DNA of 63,862 bases, counting the filler, from Octopus bimaculoides (lineage: Eukaryota): NCBI RefSeq assembly GCF_001194135.2. It is 6 parts of 5 records of this genome, joined end to end, with 100 filler letters (N's around TTAATTAATTAA, not from the genome) between each part and the next. Parts side by side here need not be neighbours in the genome. Positions count along the whole stretch, not along the records: positions 33,253 to 50,725 come from NC_068981.1; positions 50,826 to 58,790 come from NW_026375360.1; positions 58,891 to 61,425 come from NC_068986.1; positions 61,526 to 63,862 come from NC_068985.1; 2 more parts are not named here. The stretch is one strand, 5' to 3'. Of this stretch, positions 48,666 through 62,539 are shown piece by piece (within the stretch, counting starts at the first letter, position 1; every line of letters begins with the position of its first letter). The notes under the pieces are model-generated. The model was not told the DNA's origin. It saw only the letters and a list, made by a program, of their open reading frames with translations, and made no database searches. The position numbers and the translations under genes are program-made.

Positions 48666-48942
48666 NNNNNNNNNNNNNNNNNNNNNNNNNNNNNNNNNNN
48701 NNNNNNNNNNNNNNNNNNNNNNNNNNNNNNNNNNNNNNNNNNNNNNNNNNNNNNNNNNNNNNNNNNNNNNNNNNNNNNNNNNNNNNNNNNNNNNNNNNNN
48801 NNNNNNNNNNNNNNNNNNNNNNNNNNNNNNNNNNNNNNNNNNNNNNNNNNNNNNNNNNNNNNNNNNNNNNNNNNNNNNNNNNNNNNNNNNNNNNNNNNNN
48901 NNNNNNNNNNNNNNNNNNNNNNNNNNNNNNNNNNNNNNNNNN

Positions 48943-48981
<39 letters not shown>

Positions 48982-49981
48982 AATATATATATATATACAC
49001 ACACATACGCATACACACATACATGCACATACACATAGATACACACATATACATACGCACATACACTTGCATATGTAAATGTATGTATATGTACACACAC
49101 ATACATTCATACATATACATACATACATGCACACACACGTGTATATATCCATACATAACTACATAACTTCATATGCATGCGTTCATGTGTCTATGTATCT
49201 ATATGTAAAAATACATATACACATGTACATACATTCCTATCGCCTTTATCTTCACCCACATTACTACCCATGTTTCCCACCCGCATTACCACCACGACCA
49301 CCCCGCCACAACCGATGATGCCACCATTAAATGCGAATGAAGATAAGAAACATAAAAACATAAATAAATAAATAAATAAATAAATGAAAACCACTACCAG
49401 TACCACAAACCACAACCGCAACCATAACCATAACCACCACGCATGCGCCAGACTACGCAACACATACACACGCGCTACACCGCCTCATACACTACAGACC
49501 GGACCACATCATACCATACTTCGCTGCCTCACTCTCCGTTTTCAAGCCACCCCGACTCTATCGCCACCAAACTGTATCGCGACCAAACGCCAAACTATGG
49601 AACCACAAATTGCAGAAGGATCAACGCAGGGGTTTTCTTTACACTAGGAAAATCATCAGAACCATTATGAGAGTAACAATGATTTTCGAATCAGCCTTAT
49701 CTATACACGAATCAATGAACAGCTAGATCAAAGGCTGGTGTGAAATTCCGAAAGGCATTTGCAAGTCATTTTGTGGCCTTTGTCTTTGTCGGCTCTGTAT
49801 CTCATTAACACGTTTGTAATAACAATTTCTGAACTTTCACCTCTCTCTTGCTATCACATAATTAACGAGAACGTAGTGATGCGAAAGTATAAGGAGGACA
49901 GTAAGATAGCCAGTATGTGCTGTGTGGCCGATAGAAAGATAGAGAGATAGAGAGTGAGATAAAGTGTTGTACAGAGAAGAA

Positions 49982-50030
<49 letters not shown>

Positions 50031-50195
50031 GGTGTTGGCGTTGGAGCAAGGCTGAGAAACAAAGAAATGCGAGAGAGAAAGAGTTGTAGACATAAAATAT
50101 TAACATGCATACACTCACACAATTATAAATATTATTTATAAACATCGTATACATATAAGTATACATGTGCATATATGTGTGCATACATATATATG

Positions 50196-50284
<89 letters not shown>

Positions 50285-50377
50285 AGAGAGAGAGAGAAAG
50301 GAAGAGACGTGCAAATATATGCAATATGTGTATTACATATATCTATATACACACACACATACATATATGTATCTATC

Positions 50378-50430
<53 letters not shown>

Positions 50431-50504
50431 ATATATATTGTGTGTGTGTATATATGTATATATATATATATATTGTGTGTGTGTGTGTGTGTGCATATAT
50501 ATAT

Positions 50505-50538
<34 letters not shown>

Positions 50539-50686
50539 TGCTTAATGGTTAGTGTTTTATCTCTCTGTATGTCACTCTTTGTTCCTTAGCCGTGGTCCAT
50601 CTATATATGTATATATGTGTGTTTCTGTGCATGTATGTATGTCCATGTATATCTCTTTCTATCTATGTACTTTATCTGTATACTTG

Positions 50687-50725
<39 letters not shown>

Positions 50726-51069
50726 NNNNNNNNNNNNNNNNNNNNNNNNNNNNNNNNNNNNNNNNNNNNTTAATTAATTAANNNNNNNNNNNNNNNNNNN
50801 NNNNNNNNNNNNNNNNNNNNNNNNNTATATATGTATATATATATTACACATATATATATAACATAACAGATGTATGTATATAAGTATACACACCTATCAG
50901 TTGTTACTAAATTGTCTCCAATGTGTGTTTGTGTATGAGTATAAAACAGCTGCATCAATATATATATGTAGACACCTATTTGTTGGTTATTGATTCCCCA
51001 ATCAGCTTTTCAGCTCATCTCAATTTCACCCAAAAGACAATAATCAATCAATCAATCAACTAGCACCAA

Positions 51070-51520
51070 ATCCCAAATGCTTACTATAGGCAGAAGGCCT
51101 GAAATTTGGGGAAGGGAGATAATCGACTACATCACCCCCAGTGTGTAACTGGTACTTAATTTATTGATTCCAAAAGCATGTAAGGCAAAGTCGATCTCGG
51201 CGGAATTTGAACTCAGAACATAAAGATGGATGAAATGCAGCTAAGCATCTTACCCGGCGTGCTAATGATTCTACCAGCTCACCACCTTAAGATAATAATA
51301 ATAACAAAAATAATAATAATAATAATGGTTTCAAATTTTGGTACAGGGCCAGCAATTTTTTAGGGGAAGGTGTGAGTCAATTACATCAACTCCAAGGATG
51401 ATTACATCAACCCCAAGGTAAAGTCAACATCAGCAGTATTTGAACTCTTTACATAAAGTCAGTAGAGATGCTATTAAGCATTTCACCTGGTATGGTCACA
51501 ATTCTGACCCTTGTTGCCTT
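51070..51520 (-). mobile_element. Two SINE family D copies (51070-51290 and degenerate 51330-51520)
   Basis: GGCAAAGTCGATCTCGGCGGAATTTGAACTCAGAAC on + strand. Confidence 0.75.
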
Positions 51521-52799
51521 AACAACAACAATCACCACAAAGGATGAGGCTACATTATGAATAGGTAAAACTGAGAATATTGCTGGGTGATGTGAAGAGG
51601 AAGGGGTATGAATGATGAAAGAAGTTAAATAGGAAGGTGAAACTAGATAAAAATAATCTAATCTAGCTTTCTAACCATTGGGTTAGCACCACTGCCCCAA
51701 TTATTCTAATAAGATAAATCAATATATATGAAAATAAAAAAATCTATTGATCTCTTGAAGACCACCAGCTGAGCTAGCACCCCCTCCCTTTTCTCTTTGT
51801 GACTCAATAAAGCTAGTCAAGTCTTTAATGTGTCAGCCTACTGGCTGAATTGTTGACAATTCAAATTCTTATGCTGCTACTGTAGTTTAGCCTCTAGTTA
51901 GTCCTGACCAAGTAAATTTACGGCCATTGACAACTTCAGACATGACAATTACATCTTTTATCCCAGACATTGTGTAACTAGGACTATATTATCTAATGTG
52001 TCCTCCTATCTGAAGACAGCAGAGTATGATTGGTGAGGAATTTGGCTGCTATTTCTAGCATGTTGATTTACTACATCCTTCAGTGGTTCAATTCCGTTCT
52101 TGTTACCTATGCTATATTGTGTGTATGACAGAAACACTAAACACTCAAATTGCCCAGTTCACATAGTTGTAAAGTGGTACCACACACAGGAGAGAGACAG
52201 TTGGCTATTACATGAGCATAGTGTAACACATGAATGTTTTATTTTGCAGTGTTGGCAGAAGATTTAATAAAAGACAGCAAATAGAACACTGCTTCCATTA
52301 ATAAGGCTAGCAGAAAGACCACCCTCCAGGCGGTTGTCTGCTAGCCACTTGATAATATTTTCATCTTTGTATGAAAAAAAGTTTTGAAAACTCTTCTTTT
52401 TTTTTTACACCCCATCTCCCTCATCATCCCACTCTGGACCTATTTTGGCTCATTTTTTTGGCACTTCAAAACCTTGGGAAGAACATTTTCGTTAAAAAAA
52501 AAAAAATTAATATTTTCAGAGGGAAAAGTGATTTAAGGGAGATTTGGCTGTTATTTCTAGCACATCCAAAGATAACCCTCCTCATTTCTTTATCACTCCC
52601 ACATATATTGATGTTTTTCAATATTTTTTCCCCATAAATACATTTATATGCTATAAAAAAAGAAAATTTAAGAAATTATGAATTTTTGCAACCCCACTCC
52701 CTGTACCCGATTGTTTCTGTTTAGAAATTAAAATATTGGAGAGCCTTAGAAGGTCATTGCTGGCATTTATCCACAGTGGTTTTAAAAAAAGTTACCTAG

Positions 52800-53255
52800 G
52801 CACGGGAGTGGCTGTGTGGTAAGTAGCTTCCTTACCAACCACATGATTCTGGGTTCAGTCCCACTGCGTGGCACCTTGGGCAAGTGTCTTCTACTATAGC
52901 CTCGGGCCGACCAAAGCCTTGTGAGTGGATTTGGTAGACGGAAACTGAAAGAAGCTCATATATATATGCATGTACGCATTGCATGCATTTTTGTTTTTCT
53001 GATCACTCGNNNNNNNNNNNNNNNNNNNNNNNNNNNNNNNNNNNNNNNNNNNNNNNNNNCCCCAACACTGCTTGACAACGGATGTTGGTGTGTTTACGTC
53101 CCCATAACTTAGCGGTTCGGCAAAAGAGACTGATAGAATAAGTACTGGGCTTCCAAAGAATAAGTCCTGGGGTCGATTTGCTCGACTAAAGGTGGTGCTC
53201 CAGCATGGCCACAGTCAAATGACTGAAACAAGTAAAAGAGTAAAAAAAGAGTAAA
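52800..53255 (+). mobile_element. SINE family B, young full-length copy with gap in centre
   Basis: GGAGTGGCTGTGTGGTAAGTAGCTT... head and ...GAAACAAGTAAAAGAG tail. Confidence 0.85.
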
Positions 53256-54469
53256 CAATAATTTTTGTAGAAGAAAACTGAAAGAAGCTCATATATATAT
53301 GCATGTACGCATTGCATGCATTTTTGTTTTTCTGATCACTCGACAAGCAGAGCTGGTTTGTTTACACCCTTGTAACTTAGCACTTGACAAAAAAAAAAAA
53401 AAAGAGAGACTGATAGATTAAGTACCAAATGAAAAATAAATATCAAGTCAATTTTATCAACTGAACCATTCAAAACAGTGTCCCAGCATGGATGCAGTTC
53501 AATAGCTAAAATAAGTACGTTATTCCAGGCAAGAAAAAGATGATATGGTCTTAGCAAGAATGGCCTTCATTCATAGGTCTGTCTGCTCTATCAGATGACC
53601 TAACATAAGGTTAAGCAACAATGGACAACTAGACAACTAAAGTTGACTTTCTGAACCATTTTGAATACTCAGAATTGTCATAACATGGAAAATACTACCC
53701 ATGTTGGTTGTTGGCTGTTAGGACTTTGCATCCTTCAAAAATTCAATGCTTCCCAAAATTTACCAAGCAGTTGTCATGATTATATATTTATTTATTCATT
53801 TCCAAATGATAATGAAAATGAATTTTTCTGAAAGTGTTTTTAAAACATCACCAATTCTATTAGCAGGAGAAATTGAAATAGTCTTCACTGTCTATTTAGG
53901 TAGACAAAACATACAGAAGTGAATGGGAAAATAACATATATACAAATGAAAGAATTTTAGTCAAAAACAGTAAATGAAATATTTGACACATTCTAATATA
54001 ATTTGATTCATTGTTAAAAGAGTTAAATAGTTCTTAGAATTCAATACAAGAGGTCATTTGCATCAGTTTTACATAACTTTAATGAAGAAGCTAATGATCT
54101 AGCCTAAGAGCAGAGAACCAACAGCTGCAAGGCCTTATGCAACACTGAAAGCCCATAAGTCCAACTTTTTTTTTCATAAGATATACATTTTTTTGTTGGT
54201 TACAGACTATTATAATTATTCTAATGTTCTATGCTTAAAGAAAAAAAAAGTTAATTAAAATGTCAGTTTACATTTTTTATTTTTTTCCTCTGGTATCTAT
54301 AATTATATTTTATAAATGGAATGAATGCCCCATTTAGGACAGTAATTCCCAATAAGGACTGATAGGGATTGTGATGTTCCTTTCAAGCCATGTCAGCATA
54401 TAAAGCAGACATAGAATGATTATCATAATGATTTTCACAATAAGTATAAATACATTTTCCCATAAAATA

Positions 54470-54855
54470 ATCGGCGTAGTTCGTTTCCCAATCATGTAGC
54501 TTTGAATTCAGTCATGTTGGGTGGTGCCTTGAGCAAGTTTCTTTTGTTGTAGGTCTAGACTGACCAACGCCTTGAGAACAATTTTTGTAGAAGAAAACTG
54601 AAAGAAGCTCATTATATATATGTATGTGTGCATTGCATGCATTTTTGTTTTTCTGATCACTTGACAAGCAGAGCTGGTTTGTTTACACCCTTGTAACTTA
54701 GCACTTCAACAAAAAAAAAAAAAAAAAAAAAAAAAGAGAGAGACTGATAGATTAAGTACCAAATGAAAAATAAATATCAAGTCAATTTTATCAACTGAAC
54801 CATTCAAAACAGTGTCCCAGTATGGATGCAGTTCAATAACTAAAATAAATAAGAT
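54470..54855 (+). mobile_element. Old SINE family B copy, partly duplicated at 53258-53520
   Basis: Shared diagnostic sequence TTTTTGTAGAAGAAAACTGAAAGAAGCTC...CCATTCAAAACAGTGTCCCAG. Confidence 0.75.
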
Positions 54856-54901
54856 AGATATTTGTATATTTTACAACATCGTATCATTATTTAATCTATT
54901 G

Positions 54902-55271
54902 TTATTACTTCTGCCTTAGCAAAGGTGAGGGTGTTGTTTTCGGTCGTGTTTGTTTGTTTGTTTGTCCGTGGACAAGATATCTCAAGAACCACTGGATGGA
55001 TTTGGATGAAACTTTCAAGGATGTTTGACCTCATGACTGGCACGAACTGATTAGATTTTGGGGTCAATCTGGTACAGGACAAGGATTCTGGTTTATTTTC
55101 CATTTTTTACTTAATTTTTGAGAGTGGTCGGGTTCATTTTTAGTATCCTTGTTTGTGAGAGCAGTTGAGTTTATTTCAGATATTCTCATTTTAAAAATCA
55201 ATTCTGGCTAATCCTTTAGAGGACACTGGTGTTGCCTTGGCAGAGGTTTGCACTCTCTGAGTGCTCTTGTT
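54902..55271 (+). mobile_element. Helentron-associated non-autonomous element (HINE/DINE-1-like)
   Basis: 5' TTATTAC-TTCTGCCTT...AAGGTGAGG, (GTTT)n tract, 3' sub-terminal CCTTGGCAGAGG and terminal hairpin GCACTC-TCT-GAGTGC followed by a T-rich end. Confidence 0.7.
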
Positions 55272-55464
55272 TATATTGTTACTGATATAAGGGCGCATTT
55301 AGTGGAGTCTACTCTGTTAAAAGCATCTAGGTTAGGTCTTCAGTCTAAGGATAACTGTTTCCTTATCACCCACCTTGATCTTGGAGACCCCGAAGAAAGG
55401 GTAAAGGGTAGTGCCCTTTCTGCTTTAACTTAGCCATTATTAAAAGAAAAATAACAACATAGAC

Positions 55465-55835
55465 ACAGCATGATAGTGTGGTAAGAAACTTGCTTCCCAA
55501 CCACATGGTTCCGGGTTCAGTATCATTGCGTGGCACTTTGGATTAGTGTCTTCTTCTAAAGCCATAAGCTGACCAAAGCCATGTGAGTGGATGTGGTGCA
55601 CAGAAAATGAAAAAAAGCTCTTTGTATATTTGTGTATACTCCAGTACTGTTTGACAATCAGTGTTGGTGTGTTTATGTCCCCATAACTTAGCAGTTCGAC
55701 AAAAGAGACTGATAGAATAAGTACGAGGCTTAACAAAAAGTAAGTACAGATGTTGATTCGTTTGACTAAAATTTTTTCAAGGTGGAGCCCCAACATGGCC
55801 ACAGTCTAATGATTGAAACAAGTAAAAGATAAAAG
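55465..55835 (+). mobile_element. SINE family B, diverged full-length copy
   Basis: Both halves present with a short internal TG/TA tract. Confidence 0.75.
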
Positions 55836-56202
55836 ATAAGCATAATCATAAAATATTGATCTTTTACATTATAAGTATCGATTTCTCATGTTATTGTTTT
55901 ATTAATAATTATATTTCATACACAATAAATAAATGTTGGCTTTTACAGATATAGCCTATGGATAGACACATTTAATATATTCTATTGTATTCCAAAGTTG
56001 AAGGACCTTTTATCATAAGAAACATACATATACTTTTGTTATTTTAACGAAAGCCTTTTCACAGGGTAGGATATAAAACTGAGAATATATTCGAAATAAA
56101 TCCTTTTGTCTGAGAAAAACACATACAAAAAAAAAGGGAACAAAACAAAACACTAATGCATTACACTTAATGACAATATATATTCCCACTTAAATGTGGA
56201 TG

Positions 56203-56834
56203 TTCTGTAAAAACAAACTTTACTGAGGTAGATATCATGAGAGAAACTCTCATACAGGCTTTTGGTGCAAAATGTATGCTTGTTTATATTGCTAGTGGGG
56301 AGATAACTCCCCACCAACTCCAGTGCCGAGACCACCAGATCATGTGATTTCAACCTTCCTTGATCTCATCGGTGATGGACACTTGACCACTAGAGGTAGC
56401 AGTGACTCATTTCCCCACTAGTAATATATAGAAAACCAGTGTCCGAACAGACACAGATGTTGCAATTAGAACGTCCACATTTAAGTGAGAATAAATATTG
56501 TTTGTGTGTCTTGGTGAAACCAGATGGCAACACCAGGCCAAATTTAGATTGGAGCCTGGTGTTGCCATCCGGTTTCACCAGTCCTCAGTCAAGTCATCCA
56601 ACCCATGCTAGCATGGAAAGCGGACGTTAAACGATGATGATGATGATATGTAAATGTCAAATGATGAAAATGAGTGCTCAACACTGCATTGGTGGATATT
56701 ATTTCTTTATTTCTGAATTGAGGTTACCATTGGTTTCATGTTAAGAAAAGTAAGAGAACATCCTAGTGTCTTAACAAACCTGTATGAGAGTTTCTCTCAT
56801 GATATCTACCTCAGTAAAGTGCTGCTTTTGCAGA
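56203..56834. mobile_element. Inverted-repeat element: perfect 42-bp arms (56217-56258 / 56779-56820) with imperfect outer extension
   Basis: ACTTTACTGAGGTAGATATCATGAGAGAAACTCTCATACAGG and its exact reverse complement; family C SINE fragment inside (56500-56647). Confidence 0.75.
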
Positions 56835-56861
56835 TTTTATCACCTTTTGTATGTGTGTGTA

Positions 56862-56893
<32 letters not shown>

Positions 56894-58967
56894 ANNNNNN
56901 NNNNNNNNNNNNNNNNNNNNNNNNNNNNNNNNNNNNNNNNNNNNNNNNNNNNNNNNNNNNNNNNNNNNNNNNNNNNNNNNNNNNNNNNNNNNNNATATAT
57001 ATGTGTGTGTGTGTGTATAGTTATGCTTTTGTTTTTATATGTTGAATGTCCAGGAGTTTTAATATGTATTTATGTTCAATAATGTGATGATATGGCTTTT
57101 TTTTTAAAACATTTGTTCCCCATATCCTTTTGAATTTATTTTCTTTGTCTCGGTTTTACTTGAGCACTTCTACTTGCAGCCCTATATTTATTTTTTGGGT
57201 TTGAATTAGAAAAGCGAAATTATAAGAAATTATTTTTACATATCTATATATATATATAACAAAAATTATGTAAAAAAAATACAACTAAATAATTGCAAAT
57301 ACTTAAAATATTTTGAAAATGATGTAGTGAAGTTGTGAGAGAATTTAGCTGCTACTTTGTTAGCTCATATGAAAGATATGTAGGAGATCTGACAACAGTA
57401 ACAATACTGACAGAATATATTGTGCATTTTTACTTCATACAATGGCCTTATATTTGGAGTAAGAGAACTAGAACTTTCCAAAGATCATTAGCCACCATGA
57501 GGTTCAGTCCTTGTTGCAGTGTGGTGGCTTGTGCACCAACGATCCTGAGAGTTATGCCAGGAGAGTGCAAGCCCTTGATAGGGTCTCTCATGAAGAACAG
57601 GTCAAACTTATATGGACCACCTCTTTCCAGAGGTAAAAATGGGTTTGCATAGGACTAACACTGTTACTTAGAAAAGAAAAAAGGCAAAGTTACATAAACA
57701 TTGATGACAATTCAAAACTAACAAGTCTTGGGAGAGGAAGGCCTTTCTCCAAGGAAAGATATGATCAGGAGCCTACAAGGGAAGCAGAAGAGGGGAAGAC
57801 AGCCCTGAGTTGACAACAGTAAAGAAAAGTTGTTGATAGCCTTGTGTTCCATAGGGAGCAAAGAGCTTAAGTAAGTAGAGATCATCAAACATGGCTGTGT
57901 GATTAAGAAGTTTGTATCATAACCACATAGTTTTAGGTTTGGTTCCACTACACAGCACCACAATACCTTTTACTATAGCCTTGAATTGACTAATATCATG
58001 TAAATGGAATTTGATAGATGGAAACGATGCAGAAGCTTGAAGTGTACATACATCATCATTATCATTTTTTAACGTCTGTTTTCCATGCTGGCATGGGTTG
58101 AACAATTTTACCAGAGTTGGCAAGCTGGAAAGCTACACCAGGTTCCAGTCTGATTTGGTTTGGTTCCTACAGCCAGATGCCCTCCTTAATGCCAACCCCT
58201 TTACAGTGCATGTTATGTGATTTTAAGATGGTACTGGCATGAGATGTGGCACCAACAGTACTGGCACACACATACACAAACGTATATATCTGTTTTTCTA
58301 CTTACTACTTCAAGTACAGGTGTGGTCAAGAAGTTTGCTAAGTAACCATGTGGTTTTAGATCCAATCCCACAGTGCAACTCATTGGTCAAGTGTATTCTA
58401 ATATAGCCTCAGGTTGAACAACACCTTGTGAGAAATATCTGGTTGACAGAAACTTCTGTGAGAAACTTTTCATATAAGGGGAGGTGAGGGACTCAGGCAT
58501 GTACATGCTTGTGTTTAAGTGCATTCAACACATGTGTAAATGTGATTGTGCATGTGTGTTTCCGTAGGTATAAAATAATGCAAGAGTGTTTTATCTGTTT
58601 ATCAAAAAAAAAAAAAGATGACTTAGCAATTTGATAAATAGTATTCAATGTAACATGCACTGAGGTAAATAACATTGACTAAAACCCTTAAAGGCAGTGC
58701 ACCAGTATGGTTGCAGTTCAATGATAGAAACCAATAAAAGCAGGTGGAATGCCTGCTCAACCTCACCAATGCCCTATTCATGGAGCAAGCNNNNNNNNNN
58801 NNNNNNNNNNNNNNNNNNNNNNNNNNNNNNNNNNTTAATTAATTAANNNNNNNNNNNNNNNNNNNNNNNNNNNNNNNNNNNNNNNNNNNNTATATATATT
58901 CATATATATTTCTTGTAAATTGTAGATGCAATTATTCAGATGAATGCATTATCCATGTATGTATATA

Positions 58968-59014
<47 letters not shown>

Positions 59015-59589
59015 GTACCCGCGTGTGTTTGTTTTTGTATATGCATGCATATGCACATATGAACATATAAGAAAGTAAAATTTGTTGTAAAGCTTTTTGC
59101 AATGAAAGAAAATGTATAATTTGATAATTCGTTATATTTCGTGTAAGATATCCATAAACAGAAAGAAAAAAACAGTTAGTTTCATCGTTCTTGTCTTTTG
59201 ATCTGTATCTTACCCGAGTTATAAAAGAATTATCAAATTATAACATTTTTTGCACAAGGAGACGTTTCCGTGAGTATTTAATTTCTTATACTGTAATGCT
59301 TCAATTTACACACGAGATACTGACACAAATCTTCGCACATACACAGTTATGTCTTATACCGAAGTACGAAATACGATAAGATGTTCAGTACACCCTCCTG
59401 ATAAAAGTGTGTTGATTCTAAAGAAAGTTTCTTTATATGTATAATATATATGATAATGTACCCGTTTCACGGTTTCCTTAGAATCTCATTCGTAGAGCCT
59501 ATGCCGGCGTTTTTACTGTACGTGTCTGTGTGTGTTTATGGATAAATATAAATATATGTACTTCATTTTTCCATCCATCTTCTTTCTTC

Positions 59590-59960
59590 ACTATTCCTGG
59601 ACGGAAGTTGCTGGTAAAGTCCTAAGGTTTCTTATCAGAAACAACCAACATTAAACTTCTTCTGACTGGATTTCCAAGGATGTCTAACTGAGAATATGGA
59701 TATTATCAAACCACCATTTCCTTGTTCTACTCATAGTTGTTCTGCCAGTTGTGTTGACTTGACTTGAAGAATCTGTCTTGTGACTCTTTCAGGTGACATT
59801 GTCATCACAGTTCCGCAGTACCGGTGTTCTGAACTCTCAATGCAAAAAAGTAACGGCTCAACCTGGATCTCCTACCTCGCAACTAATCTCCGATCTAAGC
59901 ATCCTTTTTAGTAATATTAACCCAGAGATCTTCGGAGGAAACTCATTTAAGTTGCTTGTA
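59590..59960 (-). mobile_element. RTE-like LINE 3' end fragment
   Basis: MTMSPERVTRQIL...RTRKWWFDNI, typical of the RTE ORF C-terminus. Confidence 0.6.
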
Positions 59961-60199
59961 TTCGCGATCGTCTGCTCACAGTTATTACCCAAGATTCATG
60001 ACTATGTGAGAACATAGGCACGAGGACCGAATTGAAGACAGAGAATATGTATTTTCATATATTAAATATACTATGTAGTTACATGTTTACACAGTGCTTT
60101 CTTTAATTTGTTTCGATCGCAATACACATTTCAGCCCGGTACTATTTTACCATGTTCTATTTTCTGAAACACTAATTCACGTACATAAATAGGGGAGTT

Positions 60200-60920
60200 T
60201 AAACAGGCAGTAACATTAAATGTCTAAACGAAAGTAATCAAAATCAATAACTTTCACCAAGAAACAAAACAAGAGACATTAAAAGTATATATTAGAATTG
60301 ATGGATACGCAGTAGCAGAATAGGCACAAATAAATAATTTTCTTGGGACATATGCAATCAGAAAATGAGGAATATGCAAGAGAAATCAAAAGAAGAACTG
60401 AGATAGCTCGAAAGTAAATTGAAAAAATGACAAATATCTCAACATAAAGAAACATTAATATCATCATGTTAACCTCAAGAAACATTAATATCGAAACCTG
60501 AAAAACGCTATGTATGAACTATGTATTATGTGGACTGAAAAATGGACATTAACAAAAATACAACACAATAGATTACAAGTCTTTGAGATATGGGCATATA
60601 GAAGATTTTTCAGAATACAATGGTCAAGACACAAAAGAAATGATAGAATACGAAAAATGGCAAAAAAACTGGGAAGATATTATTAGACAACATCAAAGAC
60701 ATAAATGGAATACTTTGGACACTTAATTAGTAAAAATGGTTTCCAGAGACTGGTAACAGAAAGCAAAATGATTGGAAAAAGAGGAAGAAGGGAAAAAACC
60801 AATACGAGGATGGATAGCATCAGGAACAGGACAGAACTGAAATAAACTAGACGAACAAGGTCAGCATAAGGTAGACTGAGATGGTGGTCCATGGTATTTA
60901 ATTCTTCAGAGAGCAGATGA
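60200..60920 (+). mobile_element. RTE-like LINE C-terminal fragment
   Basis: NEEYAREIKRRTEIAR; LQVFEIWAYRRFFRIQWSRHKRNDRI; degenerate YFGHLI...GKRGR. Confidence 0.7.
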
Positions 60921-61375
60921 TATCTGATAATAATGAATCATCAATGCAGACACAGCTGATACAGACACATATACACACAGGCGAAATGTAATGGAAGGAA
61001 ACAATGCTAATCGTATAAGAATAGTTATTTTAATAAATATTCGTATGGTTTTGTGTGACTATATTTAATTGTTAAAATTGTAAAGTATTTCGAATTAATT
61101 TTCAAAATAACAAGACTTTGGGATGAGCGGAGTTTCAATATAAAAAATAGACAAGATTATTACATAAATTCCTTAGAATTATCACGAAGTTTAAATACAA
61201 ATATGCACGCAGACACACAATACAATGCGTGTATATTTGTATTTATATATACACATATAGCAGAGATTATTATATATACTAGTAAATGTAAAGAAGTGAG
61301 ATATATGTGAGTCATATGTATATATGTATGTATATATGTATGTGTATGTATACATGTACATGTATGTCTATACGC

Positions 61376-61425
<50 letters not shown>

Positions 61426-62539
61426 NNNNNNNNNNNNNNNNNNNNNNNNNNNNNNNNNNNNNNNNNNNNTTAATTAATTAANNNNNNNNNNNNNNNNNNN
61501 NNNNNNNNNNNNNNNNNNNNNNNNNAGAGAGAGAGATACATACATACATACATACATACATACATACATACATACATACCATAAATACCGGTGAATGCAA
61601 CGAATGTTTACATTTCTGAAAATCTTGTAGTTCAAATGTGCATTGAACTTCAGAAATCGAAATTACTGGAAATTTCTTGGAACCTGAATTTAGAAAAAAA
61701 TTTCCAAACGTTGAAGCATTTAATAATTGCTTTCTTTTAGAAACTGTTACATACCTAATTAATAATCAGCTTTCTCCATTATAATATAGATATACATATG
61801 TGTGAGCGAGTGCGCGAGTGTTTGTGTTTATCTTCCTGCATCAACGCTTGATGAGTGGTGTTGGGTTGTTTGTTTGCGTCCCTTAAATTATCAGTTCGGC
61901 AACCACAGACCAATAACATAAGTACCAAGCTTAAGGAATAAGTACTGGTTCGATTTATCCGACTGAACCCGTCTACGCAGTGCCCCAGTATGGCCACTGT
62001 CCAGTGACTGAAACAAGTAAGTAACTAAAAGATAAATGAATGAGAAACTTGTGGACTGTGTAACACGATTTTTGTCCTTGGGTAGGAACTGTGATTTTCT
62101 GTTTGCTTAGATAGAAGTAAACAGGAAATAATATTTACTGACCAAAGAACAAACAAAGATAATAATAAAAATTTGTTGCACAGTGTAATTCGTCTGAACG
62201 AAGTAATGGATAGAAAGCGTGAAAATTTAATACACGATATAAAGGAAATGCTTGATCTTTTATAGAAGCGACAGTTCCAATAGAGATCATTCTCTTTCAT
62301 TAGCTGTATCACACATCGGGATGTCAATAGTATACAGCATCCTTCCATGATCATCACGTCATATTGAATATAAAGCAACCTGGCTTGGACACGCACTGAA
62401 AATCGAAAGCTTTTATATCCAGTTCTGTAAAACTGTCATGTGAGGAAAAATTTCACTCAAAATCGTTGATTTGGAATAAATTTCTTAGGGGCGGAATTAT
62501 GTAGTAATAAAGCACATACATACACTACAGGGAACATCT

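Noticed and set aside
52305-52346. Hairpin GGCTAGCAGA...TCTGCTAGCC considered as a SECIS element
   Set aside because: The 5' core reads AUAA rather than AUGA and no UGA-containing selenoprotein exon is evident nearby; likely a chance or TE hairpin
59440-59510. CGAAUGA...GAAAC motif on - strand as another hammerhead
   Set aside because: The core deviates and stems I and II do not pair convincingly
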